Origin: an uncultured Verrucomicrobiae bacterium
Lineage (GTDB): Bacteria; Verrucomicrobiota; Verrucomicrobiia; Chthoniobacterales; UBA10450
DNA: 64,000 nucleotides
Reading direction: 5' to 3'
Assembly: GCA_963728975.1 (NCBI GenBank)
Contig: CAVSMF010000005.1
Location: 1 to 64,000, forward strand
Shown: positions 54,701 through 64,000 of the stretch, in pieces
Numbering within the stretch: position 1 is the first letter of the stretch
Layout of the letters: each line of letters begins with the position of its first letter
The notes under the pieces: generated by a model
The model's database searches: none
The model's input: the letters and a program-made list of their open reading frames with translations, nothing else
Told to the model about the DNA's origin: nothing
Translations under genes and position numbers: made by a program

Positions 54701-54972
54701 CATGTAGCCACCGCCCTGTGGGCGGTGTCGGGGGCTGAACAGGAACCGGCCACAGGCCGGTTGCTACATGGCGGTGCTCGGGGGCTGAACAGAAACCGGC
54801 CACAGGCCGGTTGCTACATGGCGGTGTCGGGGGCTGAACAGGAACCGGCCACAGGCCGGTTGCTACATGGCGGTGTCGGGTGCCGAACAGGAACCGGCCA
54901 CAGGCCGGTTGCTACATGGCAGTGCCGGGGGCTGAACAGGAACCGGCCACAGGCCGGTTGCTACATGGCGGT
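54701..54972. repeat. tandem REP array, ~5 copies of the same 49-bp unit, downstream of the RAYT
   Basis: Same unit and the same leading ccaccgccctgtgggcggtg palindrome as the upstream array. Confidence 0.85.
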
Positions 54973-54980
54973 CTCGGGTG

Positions 54981-55673
54981 TCACGGGGCATTTCCTTTTT
55001 CCGCGGTATAAATTGTCGCAACTCCGCCGGTAAGCGGTTCCACGGTCATGCTCTTGAACCCGCTCGATTGCAAAAGCCGGACCATTTTCTCCCCGCTCGG
55101 GAACTGTTCAATCGAGTCGCCCAGATAATCGTAGGCGCTCTTCTGTCCGGTAAGAAGCGATCCGATGAGCGGCAAAAAATGATGCAAATAGATGCGGTAA
55201 ACGCCCCGGGCCAGCCCCATGCCCGGAATCGAAAACTCCAGTATCAGAAGGCGGCCGCCTGGCCGAAGGACCCGGGCCATTTCCCGCAATGCTTCGGCGT
55301 AATCGGGAAGATTTCGCAGGCCAAATCCGATCGTTACACAATCGAATGATCCGCTCGGGAACGAAAGCTTCATCGCGTCTCCCACTACCGCGTGCCGGAC
55401 TCCCTTGCCTTTTGCCAGAGCGATCATCTCCGGAACAAAATCCAGGGCAACGATCTGGGTATTGGGCATTCGCTTCTGCAAGGCCAGGGCCAGATCGCCC
55501 GTGCCGGTGGCCAGATCGATCACTTGCCGGGGTTGCCAACCGGCGACGATCCGGGCAGCGCGTTTGCGCCAGTAAAAATCGATGCCGCAACTGAGGAGAT
55601 GGTTCGCCAAATCATAGCGGCGCGCGATCGAACCGAACATCGCCCGGATCCGGTCCGGGTGTTGGTATGGCAT
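54981..55673 (-). CDS. ubiE: demethylmenaquinone / ubiquinone C-methyltransferase UbiE/MenG
   Basis: PYQHPDRIRAMFGSIARRYDLANHLLSCGIDFYWRKRAARI...VIDLATGTGDLALAL...FGLRN...GGRLLILEF. Confidence 0.75.
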   Translation of the reverse strand: MPYQHPDRIRAMFGSIARRYDLANHLLSCGIDFYWRKRAARIVAGWQPRQVIDLATGTGDLALALQKRMPNTQIVALDFVPEMIALAKGKGVRHAVVGDAMKLSFPSGSFDCVTIGFGLRNLPDYAEALREMARVLRPGGRLLILEFSIPGMGLARGVYRIYLHHFLPLIGSLLTGQKSAYDYLGDSIEQFPSGEKMVRLLQSSGFKSMTVEPLTGGVATIYTAEKGNAP

Positions 55674-56204
55674 AGGTGTGTCGATTCCGTTATTTAAGAT
55701 GCACAATGGAAGCCGGGCCAGCTTTCGCTTTTGTTCTTCTCAGCGTAGTTGGGCTCTGACCGACTGATTAACTGTCGCCCAACACCCGTTTAGCGGAGTC
55801 TTCGACTCAAACCGACAAGCCGGGAGCTAGCAAAGGCGTGTCTGCTTCGCTCTGGCATGTCGGAAAATGAGTCGCTGTGAGATGCCGCCTTCAGAGTTCC
55901 GGGGAGCGCACTGCCTGCCCTGAGCGAAAGCCGAACGGGCGCCCTCGCGTGTAGTTGCCGGCGCCACCGCCGGCAACCGGGTGGACCGCGAATCCGGAGA
56001 TGGACACGCGAACGCTTTCCTCAGTTGGGACCTTCCAGGCTAGGCGGTGTGGAGCGCCGCCCAGCACACGCGGGGGGGACAGTGCGCTCCCCGGGTTCCG
56101 TAGAACCGTCTATCAGATACTTGCGGCAAAGTTTCGCGTGACAAACAGGCGGATTTTTGCTTTTTCATTTTGCAGCGGCTACTCCGCGTAACGTCATCCA
56201 GGAA

Positions 56205-57884
56205 ATGAAACAACAACCACTGCGGCTGGCAGCCGCGGGACTCGGCTTGCTCGGCCTCGTTTGTATTGGGATCTTTGTTTTCCAAGGGGCCGGCTCCGGC
56301 AAACTGACGTGGGACTCGCCTATCGTCCGAAAGTCGCTGATGACTTTCGCCTACAAGATCTATGCAGATCCGGCTGCGGAAAATGGGCGTTATTTTCTGA
56401 GCAAGATCGTTTTTCATAACGATGGCAACGGGCCGGTGCACGATTTGTCGGTGAGTTATCAGATCCCCGATTACATTTCCTGGACCACTCCGGTAACGCA
56501 TCCGGAAATCCCGGCCGGGGAGACGGTGGTGCAACTCTACTACCCGCAACTGCCCTCCAAGGTAACCCAGTTGACCAGCGCGACGACGACAACGCTGGAA
56601 ACCAAGATTCGCTGGTCGGACAGTTCCGGCGCGACCAAGGAGGAAATTCTCAGATCGAACGTTCTGCTGCGGGGCGTCAATGAGATCGAGTACACCGATC
56701 TGCCGGCCAACGAGCTTTTGACCTGGTACGATATGTTTGCCACGGCGCCCTTTGCCACGGCCATGGTCACGCCTAACGATCCTGTGGTGAAAGAATTCGT
56801 GGCGGAAGTTACCAAGCGCACCGGGGGCACCATGGCCGGCATCAGCGGCGGCGGTCAGGAGATCGCCCGGATGATGAAGGCGATTTACGATTACATGTGC
56901 GAGACCGGGATGCGCTATACCAGCGATGCCGGCGTCCCAACCAAAATTGGCGATGTCCAGACGATCGTTCAAAATGTGCGGCTGCCGCGCGACGTGATTA
57001 TCAGCAACGAAGGCCTTTGCATCGAACTCGCTTTGCTATGGGCCTCGGTTATGGAACATCTCGGATGTGAAACCACCGTCGTCTTCCGACCTGGCCACGC
57101 TTTCACGGTGGTGCGTTACGGCCAGGGGGCGAACGATATCATTCCAATCGAATGCACCGCCATTACTCCCATGGCGGTCGGCGCGAATAAACCGGTTCCA
57201 TTTGAAGATGCTGTCAAAATGGCGGCGGAAGACATCGACCGGCAGAAATACCAGATCTGGGTCAACATTCAGCAATATCAGAAGCAGGGTTTCCGCGCGC
57301 CCGAACTGCCAAGCATCGAGATCGACAAGATCAAGAACATCCTCTCGCAGCGGTCCGGTCATACCGCCACTTCCTATGCCCGGGACGCGAACACCGGCGC
57401 ACCACCCGCGGCGGACAACACTCAGGTCCGGCCCGGCTATTATCGATGGACGGGAGCAAATAACCTGGTGTCGGTAGACGTGCCGGCAACCTGGACGCGA
57501 ATGGAAAACAGCCCGGTCCCGGGAATGATATTTACCGCTTCGGACATGCAGACGTCGGTGGCCGTAAACGTCTTTTATTATCCAAATCTCTCCTCGGCCG
57601 CGGAAGCGATGCAAACTGCAAAGCAGGGCGTTGCCCGGGTCAGCGGCGGCAGAGTCAAAGTCAGCACCCAACAGCAAAAAGGGAACTCAGTCATTTATAC
57701 CGGCACCACTTCCTATCGAAACGGGGGGACCCAATGGGTTGGCATCTTTGGGCCCACCCAAAGCGGGGTGATCGGTCTGTTTGTCGGCGCGAACAAGGGA
57801 CATTTTGAGCGGAATCAGCCGATCATCAGCGACATCATCAATTCGGCCAGGCTGGGGACAAACAACGGAGGGCAAAAGCAATAA
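56205..57884 (+). CDS. membrane-anchored transglutaminase-like domain protein
   Basis: N-terminal TM. Putative Cys/His core EGLCIELALLWASVMEHLGCETTVVFRPGHAFTVV. Confidence 0.5.
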   Translation: MKQQPLRLAAAGLGLLGLVCIGIFVFQGAGSGKLTWDSPIVRKSLMTFAYKIYADPAAENGRYFLSKIVFHNDGNGPVHDLSVSYQIPDYISWTTPVTHPEIPAGETVVQLYYPQLPSKVTQLTSATTTTLETKIRWSDSSGATKEEILRSNVLLRGVNEIEYTDLPANELLTWYDMFATAPFATAMVTPNDPVVKEFVAEVTKRTGGTMAGISGGGQEIARMMKAIYDYMCETGMRYTSDAGVPTKIGDVQTIVQNVRLPRDVIISNEGLCIELALLWASVMEHLGCETTVVFRPGHAFTVVRYGQGANDIIPIECTAITPMAVGANKPVPFEDAVKMAAEDIDRQKYQIWVNIQQYQKQGFRAPELPSIEIDKIKNILSQRSGHTATSYARDANTGAPPAADNTQVRPGYYRWTGANNLVSVDVPATWTRMENSPVPGMIFTASDMQTSVAVNVFYYPNLSSAAEAMQTAKQGVARVSGGRVKVSTQQQKGNSVIYTGTTSYRNGGTQWVGIFGPTQSGVIGLFVGANKGHFERNQPIISDIINSARLGTNNGGQKQ

Positions 57885-57916
57885 TCGTTTTCAGGGGCCG
57901 GGAGATATCGATCAAA

Positions 57917-58609
57917 ATGATGAAACTGAAATCCGCTTTTCCAAACAGAAGAACAAAGCTCCTTCGTTTTCTTCTGCCCGGAGCGGCCATTTTCGCTGCC
58001 GGCCTTGGCTCTTTGTCGGGGCAGGAAGCCAGCCGCACGGTCGAGCGCACCTATCAATTCGATCAGCGGGGTGATGCCAAGATCGAGTTCAGTTTTCAAC
58101 TCGGCGCCGCCCAATGGGCAAAGTGGAAAGAGCAATATGGAGATCACCCCGACATCTTGCTGCGCAATATCAAATATCAGCTTGCCGCCGCGGTGATCGA
58201 CGATTTCGGGTTGGATAAAGACGACATTCATCGCCGGGCCGTGGCAAAAATAAAGGCGCGCGCCCTGGCCCGCTATCAGGGCAACGGTCAGTTTGCAATC
58301 GACGTGCCCAAGAACATGAAGCTCATCGCCGGTTCCGGGCAGGAATGGGTTTTCACTAATAGCGCTTTGGAAGACGGCGGCATCGTCAATATTACCGATC
58401 GAGCGAAGCTTCCCGCAAACGCCTCCAACGCCCATTTAACCAGCGGGACCGATTTCGACGAACTCGTTTACACCCTCGATCTTTCTCCAGCAAAGCCAAA
58501 GACGCTGCTTTATCTGGGGATTCTCCTGCTTCTCGCGGCAGTGGGACTCTGGATCTGGTCCCTGCGAGGCACGCCGAAAATTTCGTCGCCGCCGCCCGTG
58601 CCGAGCTAA
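57917..58609 (+). CDS. hypothetical exported protein with C-terminal TM anchor
   Basis: Signal peptide. C-terminal TLLYLGILLLLAAVGLWIW. Confidence 0.4.
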   Translation: MMKLKSAFPNRRTKLLRFLLPGAAIFAAGLGSLSGQEASRTVERTYQFDQRGDAKIEFSFQLGAAQWAKWKEQYGDHPDILLRNIKYQLAAAVIDDFGLDKDDIHRRAVAKIKARALARYQGNGQFAIDVPKNMKLIAGSGQEWVFTNSALEDGGIVNITDRAKLPANASNAHLTSGTDFDELVYTLDLSPAKPKTLLYLGILLLLAAVGLWIWSLRGTPKISSPPPVPS

Positions 58610-58858
58610 CCCAGGACGTGTTTGGCGCGCCAACCAGGCGCTCCTCAACGGCAGCCTGGGGCATTTCGCCCCAGGCGGCCCCGCCGTCATCCTGAGCGCA
58701 GCGAAGGATCGGGTGTCACCGTTCATCAAACCGCCCCGGCGGTCCCGATTCTTCGCGTCGCTCAGAATGACTGGAAGCGGGCCCCGAATACTGGAATTGA
58801 TGTCGCGTTTTGGCGCTGAACAGATGCGTTTTTAATAACACCAGGAATACGGCCCCCT

Positions 58859-59773
58859 TTACTCCGCCGAGGAAGCGGGGTGGGAGACGGACGGACTGGC
58901 GCCGTTCTGGATCAGCAGTTTCTCCGATTGATCTGAAAGCTTCATCGCCCGGATGACCGGGTTCCTTTCCTTCCGGCTCTGGGTGCTAAAGACAATCGTC
59001 TGCGAATCAATCCAGGCCCCATGCCAGGCCAGGATTCCCTTCGGCGTAAGCCGGGTGGCTTTTTTCGAGGCGATATCAAGAATCCACATCGAGGGCGGCG
59101 GCCCGTCCCAATCGGGCATATTCGCTTCTTCGTTGTCCATATCGACATCCATCAGGAGCGTTTTGCCGTCGGGAGAAACAGCGAAACTGGAACCGCTGCT
59201 GAACGAGCCGTCCGGAAAAAGAGCGCGCAGCGGCCACTTCTTCAACTCTCCGCCGTCGAGAGCAAGCTGGTAAAGATTGTCGAGGTCCTGGGCGTAAATG
59301 GACTGTCCGTCCGGCGCCCAGCAAGCCGACCAAAGCGACAGCCCTTTGGGCGCAGTTTTCTTAACGTAACGAAATCCGCTTCCATCCGCGTTGATGAGGG
59401 CAAGATGCCAATCGTTATCAGTCCAGATGGAAAAAAGAATCTGCGAACCGTCCGGCGACCAAATCGCCCGCTGGCAATTCCGGCTGGGGATTTCGTCTTT
59501 GAAAATTTTGGTCTTTTTCGTGCCCGGATCGACCACCGCGATCTGACGGACCAATTCCTTCTCATCACCGCCGTTGGTATGAAAGGCAATGCGGGCGCCG
59601 TTAGGGGAAAGATCGGGACCGTTTCCCTCTGTGATTTTCCTCGGGTTGCTGCCATCGGCATTGGCCATCCAGATGGCTGTGCCCCGTTCAAACGCGATTT
59701 GCTGATGGCCGGCGGCAATCGCCCAAACCGAAGAGACGAAGACACAGGTTAATGACAATAAAACGCGGCTCAT
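58859..59773 (-). CDS. PD40/TolB-like beta-propeller repeat protein (exported)
   Basis: Signal peptide; repeated WSPDGxxIxF-like motifs (IWMANADGSNPRKITEG, AIWSPDGSQILFS, CWAPDGQSIY). Confidence 0.6.
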   Translation of the reverse strand: MSRVLLSLTCVFVSSVWAIAAGHQQIAFERGTAIWMANADGSNPRKITEGNGPDLSPNGARIAFHTNGGDEKELVRQIAVVDPGTKKTKIFKDEIPSRNCQRAIWSPDGSQILFSIWTDNDWHLALINADGSGFRYVKKTAPKGLSLWSACWAPDGQSIYAQDLDNLYQLALDGGELKKWPLRALFPDGSFSSGSSFAVSPDGKTLLMDVDMDNEEANMPDWDGPPPSMWILDIASKKATRLTPKGILAWHGAWIDSQTIVFSTQSRKERNPVIRAMKLSDQSEKLLIQNGASPSVSHPASSAE

Positions 59774-59834
59774 GGCGGCAGACGTTAGGTAAAGGCAACC
59801 GGTTCGGGCAAGCAGGAAACGTTGGGAAGCAAAA

Positions 59835-59868
59835 TGAAACCGGCCATAGGCCGGTTGCTACATGTAGC
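59835..59868. repeat. solitary REP palindrome (gaaaccggccataggccggttgctacatgtagcc)
   Basis: Variant of the 49-bp REP unit. Confidence 0.6.
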
Positions 59869-59977
59869 CGCGTGGCTGCGCGACGTTTAAGGCAACACTC
59901 GGGCGATGTGATCCTAATTGCAGGCAAAGACATTTTGCGTCTTGCCCCGGCCTCCTTGAGGTCGATAAACTCGGGGT

Positions 59978-60550
59978 GTGAAGATGTTTTTGCGCATTGT
60001 CGCCGGAATCGTGGGCTTGGTGGTCGTATTTTTTGGAATAAAACAAATCACCCGGGGCATTCGAGAAATGTCGGGCCGGTCCGCCCCCCAACCCCAAGAG
60101 CTGGGCGATACCTACACCTCGGCCGCCTACGGATATAGCCATCGCATTCCGAAAGGCTGGGAAAGCGGCGAACCGTCTCCACCAACCGTGGCCATCGTCC
60201 GGGCCCCGAAATCGAGCGGTTTAGCCAGCAATATGGTTACCACGGTCGAAACCTACGACGGCACGTTGCGCGCCTACGTCGATGCCAACATCCAAGCTTT
60301 CAAAACCGCGGCCCCGGACGCCAAAGTAATCGGAGACGCCGAGTTCGCGACCGATACAAAAACACCGGCTTACAAATTGAAACTGCAAAACAAATACAAA
60401 GACACGGCCCTCGCCCAATTCATGTACCTGTTCGGGGGCGCGTCCGGTAAAAAAATCATCGTGACCTGCACGGCCCCAAGCGAGCATGCCTTGGAGCTCG
60501 AGCCGCTTTTTGACCAGTGTATGAAGACGTTCGCGGTGTCGGGCGGCTGA
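59978..60550 (+). CDS. hypothetical exported/membrane-anchored protein (190 aa)
   Basis: N-terminal TM (LRIVAGIVGLVVVFFGI). Confidence 0.4.
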   Translation: MKMFLRIVAGIVGLVVVFFGIKQITRGIREMSGRSAPQPQELGDTYTSAAYGYSHRIPKGWESGEPSPPTVAIVRAPKSSGLASNMVTTVETYDGTLRAYVDANIQAFKTAAPDAKVIGDAEFATDTKTPAYKLKLQNKYKDTALAQFMYLFGGASGKKIIVTCTAPSEHALELEPLFDQCMKTFAVSGG

Positions 60551-60638
60551 GGGGGCTTTACGGGGTGGTCGTTTGCTTTCCGCGACTGGTAACGAAGTTG
60601 CGGCTGCATTTGCTCCGGCAAATTGGTAGGATCGGTTG

Positions 60639-63600
60639 ATGGCTGACCCGCTTGCGACCCCGCCAAACCAACCGGTGCGGCATCAGACAACCGCCGGGAG
60701 CAACATTGGCGGTTACGAAATCGAACGAGAACTCGGCCGCGGTGGAATGGGCGTGGTCTATTTGGCCCGCCAGATCAAACTCAATCGCCGGGTCGCCCTG
60801 AAAATGTTGACCGGCCATTACGGGTCGGATGAGCTCGCCCGTTTCATGGCCGAAGCGGAAACGGCGGCCGGGCTTCATCACGGCCACATCGCCCAAATCT
60901 ACGAAGTTGGGGAGTTTGACGGCGCGCCTTTTTTCTCGATGGAATACGTCGAGGCGGGTTCGCTGGCCGACCGGCTGCGCAAGGAACCCATTGCGCCGCG
61001 GGAAACAGCTCAGCTCCTGATTCAGGTGGCCCGGGCCCTTCATTTCGCCCATCAAAACGGGGTTGTGCATCGGGACATGAAACCGGCAAACATCCTTCTG
61101 GATCCGGAAGGCGTGCCGAAGGTCGCCGATTTCGGCATTGCCAAGCGGCTGACCGACGACACGAAACTGACCATTTCCGGCGCGATCATCGGCACTCCCA
61201 CTTACATGGCGCCGGAGCAAGCCAAGGGAACAAGCCGCCACGTGGGACCGGCGGCGGACGTCTACTCGTTAGGCGCGATTCTTTACGAAATGCTGACCGG
61301 TCGTCCTCCTTTTCTGCCGGAGGAAAGCGAAACCGCCATCACCGTGCGCGTTCTTACCGAGGATCCGGTCTCGCCTGCCTGGCATCACCCGGGCATTCCG
61401 CGCGACCTGGAAGTGATCTGCATGAAGTGTTTGGAAAAGGAGCCGCGTGATCGTTATGCCAGCGCGGCCGCCTTTGCCGAAGATCTGCGCCGATTCCTGG
61501 ATGACGAGACGATCGTGGCCAAACCGCCGACCACGGTGGTGCGCACCGTCAAATGGGTCCGGCGTCATCCCTGGAAATTCGTGGGAGCGGTGGCCGCCAT
61601 CATTTTGGCGACGGCCGGCCTGGCCCGGTTAATCCAGTGGGAACTTTATCAGCGACCGCACCAGGCCTATGCCATGGGAATCGACTACCGGTTCGGCGCG
61701 CCCGAACCGGACGACATTCGCTCCGCCTCCACCGCGGCCCATCGCGCGGTCAATCTGCGGTTTAGGCGTCGCGGCCGCTGGGGGCCGGTCGTAAAAGTGG
61801 AATCGCTCAACGCCCGCGGTTACCCGGCAAATGTCTCTCAATTTTTCGATTACGACGCGTTACCCAACTGGATTGAAGGGCAACTGGGCCTGCACAACGT
61901 GCCCAGGAAAACGCGGGAAGCGACCAGCATCGATTTTCTCTACGACAATCGTGCCATCACCGAAGAGGTCGCCCATGATTGCAACGGCATGCTCACCTGG
62001 CATGTGGTCTACGATCGCGCCTCTGATAACGGGTCGGGCCGCATTCATGCCCGCTATGTTACCGCTCGCGGATTCGATTTCGCCAGTAGCGGCGGCGCTT
62101 CCCTGATCGAATTCGAGCGGGACGCAGCCGGCCGCGAAAACAAGGTAACCTTTTTCCAGGGATCGGGCCAGCCGGCGAAAAATGGTGAAGGCGTCTATGG
62201 CTATAAACTCCAGCGCGACACTACGGGCCATGTGATTCGGTTGACAAATCTGGATGAGAAGGGAAATCCCGGAAGCAACGCGGCCGGCCAGATCACCCTG
62301 GTATTGCACCGGAACGACCGGCATTTGATCAGCCGAATCGAATTTCGGGACGCCTCCGACAAGCCGGTTTCTTCCAACGGGATTTTCGCTGTCACGATCG
62401 ACTACGACAGCGCGGGAAACGAAATACTCACCAACCGGCTCGACGAAAAAAATCAACCGACGACCGGCGACGCGCGCGACTGGGCGGCGCGAGAAATCTC
62501 TCGAAACGAGCGGGGCGAGATAACCGAGATCCGTTTCTTTTCGGTAAATAAAGAAGGGCGGCGAACCCTCGTCTCCAGGAAAAACTTCGGCTACGACGAC
62601 CGTGGTTATCCCTCCGATATTCGGTTCAACGGCGCCACCCACTGGCATACTCATCTGAAATTTGATGAGCGCGGAAATGTGGTCGAAGAAATTCTCCTCG
62701 GTCCGGATGGCAAGCCCAAGAATGGTGCCGCCGGCTGGGCCATTCACCGTCAGGCCTGGCAATTCTCTCCGGAAGGGAGCCGGGAGGTGGAGACCTGGTT
62801 CGATGCGAATGAAAAACCCGCTTACACGAAGGACGGCGAACACCGGCGGATCAGCGAAGTGGATGCGGCTGGAAATTTGCATCGCTATATCACCGACGGC
62901 CACGACCCCAAGCGCTATCGGTATCAACGCTACGTTTGCGAACCCGAATACGACGCCCAGGGACGCGAGCGTCACATGGTCCTCCGGTTTGAAGACGAAA
63001 ATGGCCGGCCGGCCGTCAACGCCGGGCTTGCTTACACCAGCCGCGAAATTACCCAGGATGAAAATGAGCGTCCGATTTTGGAATGGAGCATCGGAGCCAA
63101 TAAACAGACGATGGGCGCACCCGTTTTTCGAACGGAAACAGAATGGCATCGAACGGGTACTCAAAAGCGCGTCATCCGTCAGGCTTGCGATGAAAACCGG
63201 AAGCCGCTCCCCGTCATTTCCAACGGAGAAGCGGCTCATACCGAAGAGTATTTCAGCGAGATCGGTTACCTGGAACGCATCTACGAGACCGGTTTTGACG
63301 AGAAGTTGGTGGGATTCGCCACCCGGGAAGCGACTTTTACGAACGGCACCTTGCTGAGCGTTGCCCATCGCCGAAGCGATGGAACCGCGCTCGATTCCGT
63401 CGATGTCATCATCAAAGCGGTCAATCCGAAACAGCCGAAAGCCGCGGAGCTGCGCCCGGGCGACCGCTTCGTTTCGGCCAATGGCAGACCGGTGACCAGC
63501 ACTTACGCCTGGGCGGCAGCGGGCGAATTTCCAGGCGGCTGGATTGAGATCGTGCGGGACGGGCAACAGCGGCGGATCGAAGGATTTATCGCGGGCCCCA

Positions 63601-63644
63601 TCGATCTTGCCCTGCAAGACCGGGCGCCAAAGACCTCCCCGTAA
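60639..63644 (+). CDS. serine/threonine protein kinase with TM segment, large extracytoplasmic region and C-terminal PDZ-like domain
   Basis: Kinase subdomains GRGGMGVVYLA, VALK, HRDMKPANILL, DFGIA, APE. TM near residue 310. C-terminal LRPGDRFVSANGRPV is PDZ-like. The tabulated ORF begins at a TTG at 60636. Confidence 0.75.
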   Translation: MADPLATPPNQPVRHQTTAGSNIGGYEIERELGRGGMGVVYLARQIKLNRRVALKMLTGHYGSDELARFMAEAETAAGLHHGHIAQIYEVGEFDGAPFFSMEYVEAGSLADRLRKEPIAPRETAQLLIQVARALHFAHQNGVVHRDMKPANILLDPEGVPKVADFGIAKRLTDDTKLTISGAIIGTPTYMAPEQAKGTSRHVGPAADVYSLGAILYEMLTGRPPFLPEESETAITVRVLTEDPVSPAWHHPGIPRDLEVICMKCLEKEPRDRYASAAAFAEDLRRFLDDETIVAKPPTTVVRTVKWVRRHPWKFVGAVAAIILATAGLARLIQWELYQRPHQAYAMGIDYRFGAPEPDDIRSASTAAHRAVNLRFRRRGRWGPVVKVESLNARGYPANVSQFFDYDALPNWIEGQLGLHNVPRKTREATSIDFLYDNRAITEEVAHDCNGMLTWHVVYDRASDNGSGRIHARYVTARGFDFASSGGASLIEFERDAAGRENKVTFFQGSGQPAKNGEGVYGYKLQRDTTGHVIRLTNLDEKGNPGSNAAGQITLVLHRNDRHLISRIEFRDASDKPVSSNGIFAVTIDYDSAGNEILTNRLDEKNQPTTGDARDWAAREISRNERGEITEIRFFSVNKEGRRTLVSRKNFGYDDRGYPSDIRFNGATHWHTHLKFDERGNVVEEILLGPDGKPKNGAAGWAIHRQAWQFSPEGSREVETWFDANEKPAYTKDGEHRRISEVDAAGNLHRYITDGHDPKRYRYQRYVCEPEYDAQGRERHMVLRFEDENGRPAVNAGLAYTSREITQDENERPILEWSIGANKQTMGAPVFRTETEWHRTGTQKRVIRQACDENRKPLPVISNGEAAHTEEYFSEIGYLERIYETGFDEKLVGFATREATFTNGTLLSVAHRRSDGTALDSVDVIIKAVNPKQPKAAELRPGDRFVSANGRPVTSTYAWAAAGEFPGGWIEIVRDGQQRRIEGFIAGPIDLALQDRAPKTSP

Positions 63645-63710
63645 CCGGAAGGCGCCGACGGGAGCTTGACGCTGAAAGATCGTTTTGCAACTGATGGCGA
63701 GGGACAAACC

Positions 63711-64000
63711 ATGGCCAAATCCGAATCCACCTCCGGCCCGCCTGCGAAAGACGAAGTCGGCTTGCTTGAAGTGTTGCGCGTTCTTATCAACACCAAAAAG
63801 GCGCGGACCACATCCGACCTGTTAAAGTACGCGACACAGTACGGCGCACCCGAGGCGGAAGACCGTCTTCGAGTGCTGGAGGCGGAAAATATTCCGGTCG
63901 ATCTCGCCTTTGACGCCGTCAGCGTTCATCTGCGGCTGCTGGCTTACAAAAGGAATAGCGCTCTTCTGGCCAGCTGCCGCGGTCAAAAAATCGGGCTGAT
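63711..64000 (+). CDS. hypothetical protein, 5' partial at window end
   Basis: ATG at 63711. The ORF is open to the window end and is not in the ORF table because it is truncated. Confidence 0.25.
   Translation, partial: MAKSESTSGPPAKDEVGLLEVLRVLINTKKARTTSDLLKYATQYGAPEAEDRLRVLEAENIPVDLAFDAVSVHLRLLAYKRNSALLASCRGQKIGL

Noticed and set aside
53707-54972. Possible CRISPR arrays flanking 54206-54679
   Set aside because: The 49-bp units are contiguous with no spacers and consist of palindromic REP sequence. The gene between them is a RAYT-type HUH transposase, not a cas gene.
55740-56200. Non-coding region as RNase P RNA, tmRNA or SRP RNA
   Set aside because: None of the universally conserved motifs is visible on either strand (GGAAAGUCCGG / AGGGUGAAA for RNase P; a tRNA-like T-loop GGUUCGAAUCC for tmRNA; the SRP domain IV motif). 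It is kept only as a generic candidate structured RNA.
61860-63707. 615-aa ORF on the minus strand
   Set aside because: It is entirely antisense to the well-supported Ser/Thr kinase gene. Long antisense ORFs are expected in high-GC DNA. It has no domain signal.

Overview
High-GC bacterial chromosomal segment, gene content suggestive of Verrucomicrobia/Planctomycetes (inference only). Positions 1 to about 17,990 hold an integron-type gene-cassette array. It has about 25 attC recombination sites, with RYYYAAC inverse cores (mostly CCTAACC) and GTTRRRY cores (CGTTAGR) flanking imperfect palindromes. Small ORFs, mostly of unknown function, all lie on the + strand, and no intI is present in the window. 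The array contains an IS110-family element inserted into an attC, an exactly duplicated cassette, and several mosaic or long attCs. The rest of the window is core chromosome. It includes an SPFH/flotillin-like gene, recQ, pxpBCA, fused and split ABC transporter genes, the lpdA-sucB and sucA genes, a GldA/F/G-like ABC-2 cluster with a DUF4340 gene, ubiE, and a Ser/Thr kinase. Two HUH (RAYT-like) transposase genes sit in this region, each associated with its own tandem palindromic repeat family (a 73-bp x8 array and a 49-bp REP array). Other items are a four-helix-bundle gene flanked by inverted repeats inside an ABC operon, a frameshift-decayed NarL-type two-component system between sucB and sucA, and two candidate structured non-coding regions. 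Coordinates of attC sites and repeats were read manually from the sequence and are approximate (a few bp); attC features and the IS element are typed 'other' or 'mobile_element' because the schema has no recombination-site type.
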